From NCBI GenBank assembly GCA_047285535.1, contig JBJBDC010000001.1:32136-96135 (forward strand): DNA of 64,000 nt, given 5' to 3'. Below, in pieces: positions 42,139-52,733 of the stretch (positions within the stretch are counted from its first letter, which is position 1; every line of letters begins with the position of its first letter). The stretch comes from Synechococcus sp. GTDB lineage: Bacteria > Cyanobacteriota > Cyanobacteriia > PCC-6307 > Cyanobiaceae. Both the position numbers and the translations under genes were made by a program. The notes below the pieces were generated by a model. That model worked only from the letters and a program-made list of their open reading frames with translations, had not been told where the DNA came from and searched no databases.

Positions 42139-45100
42139 ATGGCTGATTTCTCTGGTGGTGTCACTTATCAAGTCAACCCTGCAGGTGCCGACATCCCAAA
42201 ATTTGATCTCATCAATGATCGTCTTGATTTTGGAGAGATCTCAGTCCATGGATTGATTTTGGGCTCTTTAGCTGATGGCACTGCGGTTATCGTCAATCCA
42301 TGGGCTGATCCTGTACAGACCCAAGCACTCCAGGGTTTGCGTTGGAGTGACTTAAGTCTGGATAATTTTGGAGTCGTTGGAAATGAGCATCTCCGTCAGG
42401 ACATTGGGGGGGTGTTGTCTTGGGAGAAGGTCATTGGCGAACGTGACCCGAACACGATCTATGTGCGATCTCATCAATTTGGGGTTGAGGACGTCGTCAG
42501 TGGCTTTGATCCACAAACCCAGAAGCTGAGTTTTTTGTACTTGGGCACCAGGGAACGTATGTCGGTGCTGGATTCCGACCAGGGTCTGTTGATCAGTTTT
42601 CAGCCATCCGGTCAGAGCGTGTTGCTTCTGGGTGTTCAGCGCAAAGATTTGATCGGCTCCAATCTTGAGTTTCACCACGATCAAGTGATGGAGGACAACC
42701 TAGAAGTTCCTTTTGGATTCACGGCAGATGAGGTGGCATTGGTGAGTCGGGAAGGTCTGTTGACTCCTGCTTCACCGATGGGAACGTTCACTGATGGCAA
42801 CCAGATCCGCGCTGGCCAGCCGGTGAATCCCGATTCGATGGTGGTGTCTATTGAGTCTTCGCATGACGTGCATAGCCATGAACTTCATAACCATGCTGTC
42901 CATTCGCATTCCATGGGTACGGACACCGTGATGCCTATGGCAATGGATGCTGACCCACTAGCTGCTGGAGACAATCTTCTGCAGTTGTCGTCCGGAGGAC
43001 TGAAGATTTCGGCGACGATTACAGGTGGATGGTCTGGCACCACTGCAGGTCAGATCAGGGTGACTAATACCAGTGATGTCTCATTAGGAACTGACTGGAG
43101 TATCGAATTTGTGATGGATGCGCCGTTTAAAACCGTCAGCAATTTTGAGGTTCAGTCCACGCTGCGAGAGGACGGTCGATATGCGGTGAAATTAATGCCG
43201 AAATCTTGGTCTGCTCCGTTAGGAGCTGGCTCATCCCAGGATTCGTACTACCAGGCTTCTGTTGAAGCATCGATGCCTCAAGAGGTGTTTGATTTTGGCG
43301 AACTCGCTGCTTCCAGCACGGTGATAGGTGGATCGGTGTTGGGTGAATCTGCGCTTGTTGCAGAGAACAGCACGGATGTCTCCAATGCCAAAGAGGTCAG
43401 TCGTCATGACAGGAGTGATGACACCGATAGTGAGGTCACCGCAGATTTCAGCGATGCCATCGAGCCTGTTGATGCAAGAGAAGCGGTTGATCTCGCCTTG
43501 GAGAGCAGTGTTGACAGCTCTATTCCAAAAGCTGCAACGACTGAGCAGTTCGAGGTAGTACGTCCGAACGACGAGTCTGTAGAGGATAACCACGACGCTC
43601 ATAGGGCTGATGACATCGTCTCTGTGAACGTGGCGGAGCCTGTCAATCCTGATCTGGCCCCTGATCATGCTGTTGAGTCGTCCGGAGGACTGAAGATTTC
43701 GGCGACGATTACAGGTGGATGGTCTGGCACCACTGCAGGTCAGATCAGGGTGACTAATACCAGTGATGTCTCATTAGGAACTGACTGGAGTATCGAATTT
43801 GTGATGGATGCGCCGTTTAAAACCGTCAGCAATTTTGAGGTTCAGTCCACGCTGCGAGAGGACGGTCGATATGCGGTGAAATTAATGCCGAAATCTTGGT
43901 CTGCTCCGTTAGGAGCTGGCTCATCCCAGGATTCGTACTACCAGGCTTCTGTTGAAGCATCGATGCCTCAAGAGGTGTTTGATTTTGGCGAACTCGCTGC
44001 TTCCAGCACGGTGATAGGTGGATCGGTGTTGGGTGAATCTGCGCTTGTTGCAGAGAACAGCACGGATGTCTCCAATGCCAAAGAGGTCAGTCGTCATGAC
44101 AGGAGTGATGACACCGATAGTGAGGTCACCGCAGATTTCAGCGATGCCATCGAGCCTGTTGATGCAAGAGAAGCGGTTGATCTCGCCTTGGAGAGCAGTG
44201 TTGACAGCTCTATTCCAAAAGCTGCAACGACTGAGCAGTTCGAGGTAGTACGTCCGAACGACGAGTCTGTAGAGGATAACCACGACGCTCATAGGGCTGA
44301 TGACATCGTCTCTGTGAACGTGGCGGAGCCTGTCAATCCTGATCTGGCCCCTGATCATGCTGTTGAGTCGTCCGGAGGACTGAAGATTTCGGCGACGATT
44401 ACAGGTGGATGGTCTGGCACCACTGCAGGTCAGATCAGGGTGACTAATACCAGTGATGTCTCATTAGGAACTGACTGGAGTATCGAATTTGTGATGGATG
44501 CGCCGTTTAAAACCGTCAGCAATTTTGAGGTTCAGTCCACGCTGCGAGAGGACGGTCGATATGCGGTGAAATTAATGCCGAAATCTTGGTCTGCTCCGTT
44601 AGGAGCTGGCTCATCCCAGGATTCGTACTACCAGGCTTCTGTTGAAGCATCGATGCCTCAAGAGGTGTTTGATTTTGGCGAACTCGCTGCTTCCAGCACG
44701 GTGATAGGTGGATCGGTGTTGGGTGAATCTGCGCTTGTTGCAGAGAACAGCACGGATGTCTCCAATGCCAAAGAGGTCAGTCGTCATGACAGGAGTGATG
44801 ACACCGATAGTGAGGTCACCGCAGATTTCAGCGATGCCATCGAGCCTGTTGATGCAAGAGAAGCGGTTGATCTCGCCTTGGAGAGCAGTGTGGATGTCGT
44901 TGAGGCTGGCGTCGTCAAGTTGGATTATGTGGCCCCGGAGGACTTGAGCGATCAGCGCATCGTGACCTATTTCGAGGAGTGGGGGGTGTATGACCGCGAT
45001 GTCAACCTCTCTGATGTTGATGGTCAGGCCATGACTCATCTCAACTACAGCTTTTTTGATGTGAAATCAGATGGATCGATAGAGCTGTTTGATTCCTATG

Positions 45101-46314
45101 CCGCACAGGAGATGCGCTTTGGGGTTGAGGATCAAGTGAGCCGTACATTTACGACAGCTGAGTATGCCGTTGTTGATCCATCTTTGATTGCGGCTTACAA
45201 CTCAGATCGCTACACCATTCGTGAAACGGTTGATTCTGTGAAGGTAACGAGTGTTCCTGTGGGATGGAACGATGTGGGTCTAAAAGATGCTGGTAATTTT
45301 GAGCAACTCAGACGTTTTAAGGAGCTGAATCCAAACGTTAACCTTGGATTTGCCCTTGGCGGATGGACTCTTTCTGGTGAGTTCAGTACGGCCTATTCCA
45401 CTCAGGCGGGTCGGGATCACTTCACGGATGAAGTGGTGGATCTATTTCGTACACATGACTTTTTTAATACGGTTGATTTTGATTGGGAATATCCTGGCGG
45501 CGGAGGTCAAGCTGGAAATGCAGTTAGGCCAGATGATGGATTCAATTTTGCTTTGGTTCTGAAACAACTCCGCGATAAGTTGAATGCTCTTACGTTGGAT
45601 ACAGGTGAGAATTATCAGGTGTCAATTGCAACAGCTGGTGGCAAAGAAAAGCTTGCTAATTTAAATCTTCCTGGAATTGATCCTTACGTTGATTTTTACA
45701 ATGTGATGACTTACGATTTCCACGGAGGTTGGGAAAATCAAACTGGTCACCAGGCTGCTATGACAGGTGATGATAACAACTATGATGTTGATTCGGCGGT
45801 TGCATTTTTTGAGGATTCTGGGGTTGAACTTTCGAAGGTGGTGATGGGTGCTCCTTTATACACTCGTGCCTGGGGTGGCGTGGATGAAGGTCTCACGTTT
45901 GGCCACAATCAACCAGGTGTTGCTGGTGATGCAGAGGGGTCATTTGAAGCAGGCGTTTATGATTACAAAGACATCATCAATGATGTGATCACTGGTCAGA
46001 CTGATCTCTACTGGGATGATACGAATAAGGCTGCATTTACCTATGATGGTGATGAATGGAGCTCGATTGAAACTACCGCTACAATCGCTGGAAAGGCGGC
46101 CTACATTCAAGAGAAAGATCTTGGAGGAATGATGTTCTGGGCCTTGAGTAATGATGCTGATAATGACCTTAGTTTGTTGCAAGCAGCTAACGATATCCTT
46201 CGCCTGGGTGTCGCTTATGAAGATGTAATCGAAAAGTCTCCTGACTTCGACTACATTATCGGCGGCAACAATGAATTCAGCTTGAGTGACTTCACGAATC
46301 TGGCCCAATATTAA
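42139..46314 (+). CDS. Multidomain GH18 chitinase with three CBM2-like modules
   Basis: C-terminal YFEEWGVY, THLNYSF, LGGWT, VDFDWEYP, NVMTYDFHG and LGGMMFW motifs; three repeats of GWSG..VTNT..W.IEF..PKSW. Confidence 0.92.
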   Translation: MADFSGGVTYQVNPAGADIPKFDLINDRLDFGEISVHGLILGSLADGTAVIVNPWADPVQTQALQGLRWSDLSLDNFGVVGNEHLRQDIGGVLSWEKVIGERDPNTIYVRSHQFGVEDVVSGFDPQTQKLSFLYLGTRERMSVLDSDQGLLISFQPSGQSVLLLGVQRKDLIGSNLEFHHDQVMEDNLEVPFGFTADEVALVSREGLLTPASPMGTFTDGNQIRAGQPVNPDSMVVSIESSHDVHSHELHNHAVHSHSMGTDTVMPMAMDADPLAAGDNLLQLSSGGLKISATITGGWSGTTAGQIRVTNTSDVSLGTDWSIEFVMDAPFKTVSNFEVQSTLREDGRYAVKLMPKSWSAPLGAGSSQDSYYQASVEASMPQEVFDFGELAASSTVIGGSVLGESALVAENSTDVSNAKEVSRHDRSDDTDSEVTADFSDAIEPVDAREAVDLALESSVDSSIPKAATTEQFEVVRPNDESVEDNHDAHRADDIVSVNVAEPVNPDLAPDHAVESSGGLKISATITGGWSGTTAGQIRVTNTSDVSLGTDWSIEFVMDAPFKTVSNFEVQSTLREDGRYAVKLMPKSWSAPLGAGSSQDSYYQASVEASMPQEVFDFGELAASSTVIGGSVLGESALVAENSTDVSNAKEVSRHDRSDDTDSEVTADFSDAIEPVDAREAVDLALESSVDSSIPKAATTEQFEVVRPNDESVEDNHDAHRADDIVSVNVAEPVNPDLAPDHAVESSGGLKISATITGGWSGTTAGQIRVTNTSDVSLGTDWSIEFVMDAPFKTVSNFEVQSTLREDGRYAVKLMPKSWSAPLGAGSSQDSYYQASVEASMPQEVFDFGELAASSTVIGGSVLGESALVAENSTDVSNAKEVSRHDRSDDTDSEVTADFSDAIEPVDAREAVDLALESSVDVVEAGVVKLDYVAPEDLSDQRIVTYFEEWGVYDRDVNLSDVDGQAMTHLNYSFFDVKSDGSIELFDSYAAQEMRFGVEDQVSRTFTTAEYAVVDPSLIAAYNSDRYTIRETVDSVKVTSVPVGWNDVGLKDAGNFEQLRRFKELNPNVNLGFALGGWTLSGEFSTAYSTQAGRDHFTDEVVDLFRTHDFFNTVDFDWEYPGGGGQAGNAVRPDDGFNFALVLKQLRDKLNALTLDTGENYQVSIATAGGKEKLANLNLPGIDPYVDFYNVMTYDFHGGWENQTGHQAAMTGDDNNYDVDSAVAFFEDSGVELSKVVMGAPLYTRAWGGVDEGLTFGHNQPGVAGDAEGSFEAGVYDYKDIINDVITGQTDLYWDDTNKAAFTYDGDEWSSIETTATIAGKAAYIQEKDLGGMMFWALSNDADNDLSLLQAANDILRLGVAYEDVIEKSPDFDYIIGGNNEFSLSDFTNLAQY
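42987..44891 (+). repeat. 690-bp in-frame tandem repeat, about 2.76 copies
   Basis: Units 42987-43676, 43677-44366 and 44367-44891 (partial); no mismatch seen by eye, and shadow ORFs recur identically at a 690-bp offset. Confidence 0.97.
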
Positions 46315-46542
46315 TCCCAGTTTATTTGACTTCTAGCTCTTGTTCAACTGATTCTCTATTGGACGGCTATGTTGTGATTTCACTCCTTGCAAGTTGCCAT
46401 CAGATCTTGGGCAACGGTCCTGGCCAGGTTCACTGCAGACATCTTTTTCCAGTGGTTTTTGCGTTCTTATAACCCTTGGCTTAAGGCCCCGCAGTACGGA
46501 CCTGAAGCGCCGATGATGATGGGATGGATTGGTCTAAGCGAA

Positions 46543-47040
46543 ATGGGTGTGCTGCGTCGATTTCTGTTCTCATTGTTGGTTGCCGTGGTACTGCTCCTTG
46601 TCAGCTCCAGAGCCGCTTTGGCTCTGGTTCATGAGCACAGCGATGAGTCTGGTGCGCCGATGCTGCGCAGCCTGGAAAGTTTGCGCGATCTCGATTACGA
46701 CAGCTGGCAGACGGTGGTTTACCGCGTTGGAAAGCCAGGAAATCCAGTGGTGCTAAGGATTGTTGGCTTCCCTGGCAGGGTGCGACTTGAGCATCCGATG
46801 CCCCTGCGTGTTCAGGCTGGTGTGAAGGAGTGGAAATTGGAGGACATCACTCTCGATAATCCTGCTCTTGCCAGAGATGGCCGCGAAGCTGCTGCCGAAT
46901 TTGCCCTCGAGCCCCTTTTGAGTGATCTGAGCAATAACCGTCCTCTGCGTTTGTTCCTGCCTGGAGTGTTCAATGAGTTGCCTGTTCCTCCATATGTTGT
47001 TGGCGAATGGCGCGATGTTCAAACTCAGCCTTTGAGCTGA
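46543..47040 (+). CDS. DUF3122 family protein
   Basis: Signal peptide, RSLESLRD...WQ and LRIVGFPG; start placed at MGVLRR. Confidence 0.8.
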   Translation: MGVLRRFLFSLLVAVVLLLVSSRAALALVHEHSDESGAPMLRSLESLRDLDYDSWQTVVYRVGKPGNPVVLRIVGFPGRVRLEHPMPLRVQAGVKEWKLEDITLDNPALARDGREAAAEFALEPLLSDLSNNRPLRLFLPGVFNELPVPPYVVGEWRDVQTQPLS

Positions 47041-48119
47041 TGAGAACCAGTGGCAGCCGCTGGAACATTTGGATGCGCAGGGCACTGCAGTTGGCAGAGC
47101 TTGCTGATGGTCTGACAAGCCCAAATCCACTCGTTGGTGCCGTCGTTCTTGATTCTCATGGTGAGTTGGTGGGCGAAGGCTTTCATGCAAAGGCTGGGGA
47201 GCCCCATGCAGAGGTGGGTGCTCTGGCCCAGGCCGCTGATCGAGCCAAAGGTGGCACGATCATCGTCACCCTTGAACCCTGTTGTCATCAGGGTCGGACG
47301 CCTCCTTGTACGGAAGCGATTATCAAGGCGGGAATTGAGAGGGTGGTAGTGGCTCTCAAGGACCCAGATCCGCGTGTGGCCGGTGGTGGTATCCAGCGTT
47401 TGCGTGACGCCGGATTAGAGGTGATCACCGGGGTGCTGAAAGCTGAAGCGGCTGAACAAAACAGGGCCTTTGTTTATCGCGTTCAAACTGGCCGACCCTG
47501 GGGCCTACTCAAATGGGCCATGAGTCTGGATGGACGCACCGCCCTGCCCAACGGAGCCAGCCAATGGATCAGTGCACCGCCAGCCCGTGGCTGGGTTCAT
47601 CAGCTCCGCGCGGGGTGTGATGCGGTGATTGTGGGCGGTGGGACCGTGCGTGCTGATAACCCCTTGCTCACCAGTCGAGGCCGGCGCACGCCTGAACCGC
47701 TGAGGGTGGTAATCAGTCGCAGTCTGGATCTGCCCGCCAAGGCTCAGCTTTGGGACACCAGCATGGCTGCAACGCTTCTTGCTTACCCTCCAAACAGTAG
47801 TGATCGCTTACCTCCTGAGGGACCGGAGTGTCTTCAACTTAAGGACAGTGAACCGTTGCCGTTGTTAGAAGCTCTGGCGGAACGAGGCTGCAATCAGGTG
47901 CTCTGGGAATGCGGTCCTTCCTTGGCGGCGGCGGCCCTTCAGCAGGGTTGTGTTCAGGAGTTGGCGGTGGTCATGGCTCCCAAGCTTCTTGGTGGCCAGT
48001 TGGCTCGCACGCCTCTCGGGGATCTGGGGTTCTCTGCAATGGATCAGGTGATTGAACTTTCGAGTTCTAATCCAATGCGCCTGGGGGATGATCTGCTGCT
48101 GCTGTACAAGCTGCTTTAG
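47040..48119 (+). CDS. ribD: Riboflavin biosynthesis deaminase/reductase
   Basis: PNPLVGAV, HAE, TLEPCCH..TPPC, SLDGR and GTVRADNP motifs. Confidence 0.97.
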   Translation: MRTSGSRWNIWMRRALQLAELADGLTSPNPLVGAVVLDSHGELVGEGFHAKAGEPHAEVGALAQAADRAKGGTIIVTLEPCCHQGRTPPCTEAIIKAGIERVVVALKDPDPRVAGGGIQRLRDAGLEVITGVLKAEAAEQNRAFVYRVQTGRPWGLLKWAMSLDGRTALPNGASQWISAPPARGWVHQLRAGCDAVIVGGGTVRADNPLLTSRGRRTPEPLRVVISRSLDLPAKAQLWDTSMAATLLAYPPNSSDRLPPEGPECLQLKDSEPLPLLEALAERGCNQVLWECGPSLAAAALQQGCVQELAVVMAPKLLGGQLARTPLGDLGFSAMDQVIELSSSNPMRLGDDLLLLYKLL

Positions 48120-48174
48120 GTCGTTTGGGCATTGACGCTCAAACCTTTTTGGCCTCTGATGCCGCACTTTTAGC

Positions 48175-49142
48175 TTAAGGAGTATCCCAAAGCGATTGAG
48201 GTGTCCAAGGACTGCCATTGATCATCCACATCGATCCATCCACTAAGCGATAGTTTTGATTGAGCGTTGCAATCTTTTTCATATCGTTCTTGCTGAGTTT
48301 GACATCAGCGGCTTGAAAATTCTCCAGCAAGCGTGCTGGCGAAACCGATTTAGGAATCGTAGAAATCCCCCGTTGTACATGCCACGCCAATAACACCTGG
48401 GCAGGAGTACAGCAGGACGACTCAGCAATTGATCTAATCACAGGATTGGCGAGCAGCACTGGACCATGCTTGTCTTTTTGGAATGCAGGGCGAAGAAGTG
48501 GTGCAAAGGCGGTCACATGAATCTTGTGTGAAGCGCAGTATTGAATGAGTTCTGGTTGTTGAAGAAGCGGATGGTGTTCTACCTGATTCACTTCAGGTTG
48601 ATGCTTGCAGTTCAGAAGTAGTCGATCAAGCTTGTGAATGGAGAAGTTGCTGACGCCAATGTGATGCGTGAGACCTTGCTCGCAGGCTGATTCCATTGCT
48701 TCCCATGTTTCACGAATCGAAAATTCTGATGGCGGGAGAAAATCCTCTGCTGATTGTGCTGAGTGAGAGTCTGGCTTAATGGTGACCGGCCAATGAATCA
48801 GGTAAAGGTTCAGATAATCCGTGCCAAGATCTTGCAGTGATTTCTTGAGTGCAGATTGCACCTGATCCTTTCCATGGCAATTAGACCAAAGCTTTGATGT
48901 GATGAAAGTTCTGATCTTGTAATTTCTTTGTCTCGGATCGCATCGCGAATAGCAGTACCAATTTCAGCTTCATTTCCGTAACTACTTGCGCAATCAATGT
49001 GACGATATCCAATCTGAATTGCGTTTCTTAATGCTGAATATAATTTGCCAGACTCTGCATTCCAAGTGTCAAGACCGATTAAGGGGATTTGATCATTATG
49101 CGATAAAGATGTGTATTGCATCACCGTTTTTGATTGTTTCAT
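48175..49142 (-). pseudogene. Aldo/keto reductase split by a 1-nt frameshift near 48905-48907
   Basis: 5' part GYRHIDCA..YGNE; 3' part DYLNLYLIHWP, IGVSNF, NQVEHHP and IPKS; one extra T restores ELFITSKLW. Confidence 0.85.
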
Positions 49143-49167
49143 TCAATATGAGTTGAGTTGGCTTTCA

Positions 49168-49908
49168 TTATTTTTTGTCTTCTATCTCGACGAGATCTTT
49201 ATCATCCAGATCGCTGGTATATCGACTGATCAGCACTCCCATGACGACTGCCAGATATAAAGGTCCTATGATTCCAGTTACGACAGCCAACATCCTTGAC
49301 AAGGGAAGCATCGGTTCGATGTCTCCGAATCCCACAGTGGTAAGACAAATGAAGGCGAAATAGTTGATATCTGCAAAAGCTCTCATCAAAACCAGCACGC
49401 TGGCATTGGGACTGTTTGCTGATTCTTTGAGGATGTTGAGAGGTTCAAAACTTCCTGGCTGAATGGTTTCTACACCACTCATGACCAAACCTGCAGTGAG
49501 TCCTAAAAGCAGATAGCCAGCCGCCGCTCCCATGAGCAATCCAGACGTGACTTTGCGTTCCTGCGAGAGACTTTGGACCAAGCGGACCACGCTCCATCCC
49601 ACCAGCAGGCTCCAAGTCAGGACAAGTGGTACCCCACTCACCACCCAGCGGACAGGTGTGATTTGCCAAAGAAGGAGGGCTGCAAGGGCAGCGACGCCCA
49701 GTGCTTGGTAAAGACGGTCTTGCAGTGTGAGTACCTTCTTGCGGATCATCACCAATTGGGTGAGCAGCAGGGCGATGAGGGCGTATCCCAATGCGGCAAT
49801 CCAGCTCAAGCGTGGAAAGGCAAAGCTCACCAGCACGATCAGGCAGAGCCCTAGCAATAGCTCATAGATTTTTTCTCGACTCCGGCGATTGAATCTGTTT
49901 GATCTCAT
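49168..49908 (-). CDS. Potassium channel family protein
   Basis: Pore motif YFAFICLTTVGFGDI; multiple TM segments. Confidence 0.88.
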   Translation of the reverse strand: MRSNRFNRRSREKIYELLLGLCLIVLVSFAFPRLSWIAALGYALIALLLTQLVMIRKKVLTLQDRLYQALGVAALAALLLWQITPVRWVVSGVPLVLTWSLLVGWSVVRLVQSLSQERKVTSGLLMGAAAGYLLLGLTAGLVMSGVETIQPGSFEPLNILKESANSPNASVLVLMRAFADINYFAFICLTTVGFGDIEPMLPLSRMLAVVTGIIGPLYLAVVMGVLISRYTSDLDDKDLVEIEDKK

Positions 49909-50743
49909 CTTCTGAACATTCAGCCAAACTCAAAATCCCAACTATGGCAAATGCAATAGAGCCCAGCAAGGTGGTTCGAACTGACATTGTGCTGTCGATT
50001 ACCTGTTCCTGAAGCAAGTTTGTCGGTAGACCCGCGAGTGCAGATTGCATGAACCAGATACAACCCAAAGCATTGACGATTGAAATCCACCAGCCGAGAT
50101 GATCTGGCTCAAACACCAGCACCTTGCCGTGACCGACTTCTTGCAATCCGTAAGCCGCAGATACCAGAAACAGGATGGAGCCGATCAAGTTGGGAAGGAT
50201 GCTCAGCAGTATCCAAAGCCCGGCATTTGGATGCTGCTGGTTCCAACTGAAAAACGTTTCAACGTTGAATAGCACCGTTCCAATGCTTTGGGTCAGTGCG
50301 CAGCGCAGGCCACACCACTTCCAGTGGGGTGAATCGGCAGGTAGTTTCTGATCTCCGATGCGTGCTTGTTTGAGTTGCCACCAGCCGCCAGCCGTAAAAA
50401 AGACTGATCCAATCGCAAGTAGTCCTAAAGCCATTGATGGTGATTGGCTGTTGTGAAGTTGCAGCCAGGACCCAAGTGCAAACAGCAACGGCCCAAAGAT
50501 GAAGGCCAGGGCCGTCCGCTCCTCTAAGCGTTCAAGTTGCTTGCGGTTCAGTAACGCCTGGAGCATTTCCCTCAGATTGAGGGCTTGGTAATGCCCACGC
50601 TTGAGTGGGCCGTGACCCTTGCGAAGACGTCGGCTGGTCCAAATACCAATGGGATGGCGCCATGCGCTGATTCCCAGGGCACCTCGCCAATGCGGCTTCA
50701 GACTTTCGCTTGAGATCATGGCGTTCGGTTCTCCCTCCAGCAC
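49862..50743 (-). CDS. YrhK-like integral membrane protein
   Basis: Repeated GS/GT..F helices (IGSVFF, IGTVLF, IGSILF, LGCIWF); start uncertain. Confidence 0.65.
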   Translation of the reverse strand: MLEGEPNAMISSESLKPHWRGALGISAWRHPIGIWTSRRLRKGHGPLKRGHYQALNLREMLQALLNRKQLERLEERTALAFIFGPLLFALGSWLQLHNSQSPSMALGLLAIGSVFFTAGGWWQLKQARIGDQKLPADSPHWKWCGLRCALTQSIGTVLFNVETFFSWNQQHPNAGLWILLSILPNLIGSILFLVSAAYGLQEVGHGKVLVFEPDHLGWWISIVNALGCIWFMQSALAGLPTNLLQEQVIDSTMSVRTTLLGSIAFAIVGILSLAECSEDEIKQIQSPESRKNL

Positions 50744-50800
50744 TGGCGCCCATCAGCTAATCAACCGACTTAGTTTGGTTCGCAATTGGGATTCAGCGCT

Positions 50801-52684
50801 ATGCCGATCCGCGAGGACGACAATCGCCCTAATCGGCGCTTCGGGATTATCAATTTGGTTTTGATTGGATTCGGGGTGTTGTTGTTGCTGAGCAGCTTCA
50901 TCCCCAATCAAGGCATGCAACAAGTGCCTCGGGTGCCCTATTCCCTGTTTATCGACCAGGTGAATGATGGTGCTGTCAAGCGTGCCTTCATTACCCAAGA
51001 TCAGATCCGGTATGAGCTCAGCGAGGTTGAGGACGGAGCCCCTTCCGTACTGGCGACCACTCCAATCTTTGATATGGATCTGCCTCAGCGCTTGGAAAAC
51101 AAGGGAGTTGAGTTTGCGGCTGCCCCTCCGAAGAAGCCCAATATTTTCACCACCATCCTCAGTTGGGTGGTGCCTCCACTGATTTTTATTTTGGTATTGC
51201 AGTTTTTCGCACGCCGTTCGATGGGTGCTGGTGGAGCCCAGGGCGCACTCAGTTTTACGAAAAGTAAAGCCAAGGTTTACGTGCCTGATGAGCAATCGCG
51301 GGTGACCTTTGCTGATGTTGCTGGTGTGGATGAAGCTAAAGATGAATTGACTGAAATTGTTGACTTTTTAAAAACTCCTGAGCGTTACGCCGAAATCGGT
51401 GCACGAATTCCAAAGGGCGTCCTCTTAGTGGGGCCTCCTGGCACAGGTAAAACATTGCTATCGAAAGCAGTGGCAGGTGAAGCTGGTGTTCCTTTCTTTA
51501 TTATTAGTGGCTCTGAATTTGTGGAGTTATTTGTTGGAGCTGGAGCAGCTCGCGTCCGAGACCTGTTTGAGCAAGCTAAAAAGAATGCTCCCTGCATCAT
51601 TTTTATTGACGAATTAGATGCAATTGGTAAAAGCCGTTCCGGTTCGATGGGTGTGGTTGGAGGCAACGATGAGCGTGAGCAAACTCTCAATCAATTGCTG
51701 ACAGAAATGGATGGCTTTGCCTCAAAAGACAAACCGGTCATTGTGTTGGCGGCCACCAACCAACCTGAAGTTCTCGACGCAGCTCTGTTGCGGCCTGGTC
51801 GCTTTGACCGGCAGGTGCTGGTGGATCGCCCGGATCTTTCTGGACGTAAAACAATTCTCGAAATCTATGTCAAGAAAGTAAAACTTTCTGATTCCGTTGA
51901 TCTTGATCGTATTGCTCAAGCTACGAGCGGCTTTGCAGGTGCTGATCTCGCCAACCTTGTGAATGAAGCTGCATTACTCGCAGCCCGCAATAAGCAAACC
52001 GAAGTTTTGCAAGCAGATTTGAATGAAGCGATTGAACGGGTCGTTGCTGGGCTTGAGAAAAAAAGCCGGGTGATGCAAGACGATGAGAAAAAAGTGGTTG
52101 CTTATCACGAAGTTGGTCACGCAATTGTGGGTCACCTCATGCCGGGTGGTAGCAAAGTGGCCAAAATCTCGATTGTGCCCCGCGGGATGAGTGCTCTCGG
52201 TTACACCTTGCAGCTTCCTACTGAAGAGCGTTTCCTTAACTCACGTGAAGATCTTGAGGGGCAAATCGCAACCCTTCTCGGAGGTCGATCTGCCGAAGAA
52301 ATTGTTTTCGGCAAAATCACCACCGGCGCTGCGAATGACCTTCAACGTGCGACTGATATTGCTGAGCAGATGGTGGGCACGTATGGAATGAGTGAAACCC
52401 TTGGTCCCCTGGCGTATGACAAGCAAGGTGGTGGACGTTTTCTGGGTGGTAGCAACAATCCTCGCCGTACGGTCAGCGATGCCACTGCACAAGCGATTGA
52501 CCGTGAAGTAAGGGGCCTGGTGGATCGTGCCCATAATCAAGCCCTCGCCATTCTTCGCCAGAATATGGCACTCCTCGAAACGATTTCCCAGAAAATTCTT
52601 GAGAAAGAAGTCATTGAAGGTGATGACCTTAAGGAAATGCTTTCTGCGAGTGTTATGCCCGATGAGGAAGCGGTTGCTGCGTAA
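50801..52684 (+). CDS. ftsH: ATP-dependent zinc metalloprotease FtsH
   Basis: Two TM segments, [23 protein letters not shown] and HEVGH. Confidence 0.98.
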   Translation: MPIREDDNRPNRRFGIINLVLIGFGVLLLLSSFIPNQGMQQVPRVPYSLFIDQVNDGAVKRAFITQDQIRYELSEVEDGAPSVLATTPIFDMDLPQRLENKGVEFAAAPPKKPNIFTTILSWVVPPLIFILVLQFFARRSMGAGGAQGALSFTKSKAKVYVPDEQSRVTFADVAGVDEAKDELTEIVDFLKTPERYAEIGARIPKGVLLVGPPGTGKTLLSKAVAGEAGVPFFIISGSEFVELFVGAGAARVRDLFEQAKKNAPCIIFIDELDAIGKSRSGSMGVVGGNDEREQTLNQLLTEMDGFASKDKPVIVLAATNQPEVLDAALLRPGRFDRQVLVDRPDLSGRKTILEIYVKKVKLSDSVDLDRIAQATSGFAGADLANLVNEAALLAARNKQTEVLQADLNEAIERVVAGLEKKSRVMQDDEKKVVAYHEVGHAIVGHLMPGGSKVAKISIVPRGMSALGYTLQLPTEERFLNSREDLEGQIATLLGGRSAEEIVFGKITTGAANDLQRATDIAEQMVGTYGMSETLGPLAYDKQGGGRFLGGSNNPRRTVSDATAQAIDREVRGLVDRAHNQALAILRQNMALLETISQKILEKEVIEGDDLKEMLSASVMPDEEAVAA

Positions 52685-52701
52685 TCTTCATCTTGAAGAA
52701 T

Positions 52702-52733
52702 AGACTGCCTCCATCCAGGGGCAGTCTTTTTTT
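52702..52733 (+). terminator. Intrinsic terminator after ftsH
   Basis: AGACTGCC...GGCAGTCT stem ending in a T7 run. Confidence 0.85.

Noticed and set aside
42987..44891. Long repeats as a CRISPR array or IS copies
   Set aside because: They are contiguous, in frame, have no spacers and encode protein domains
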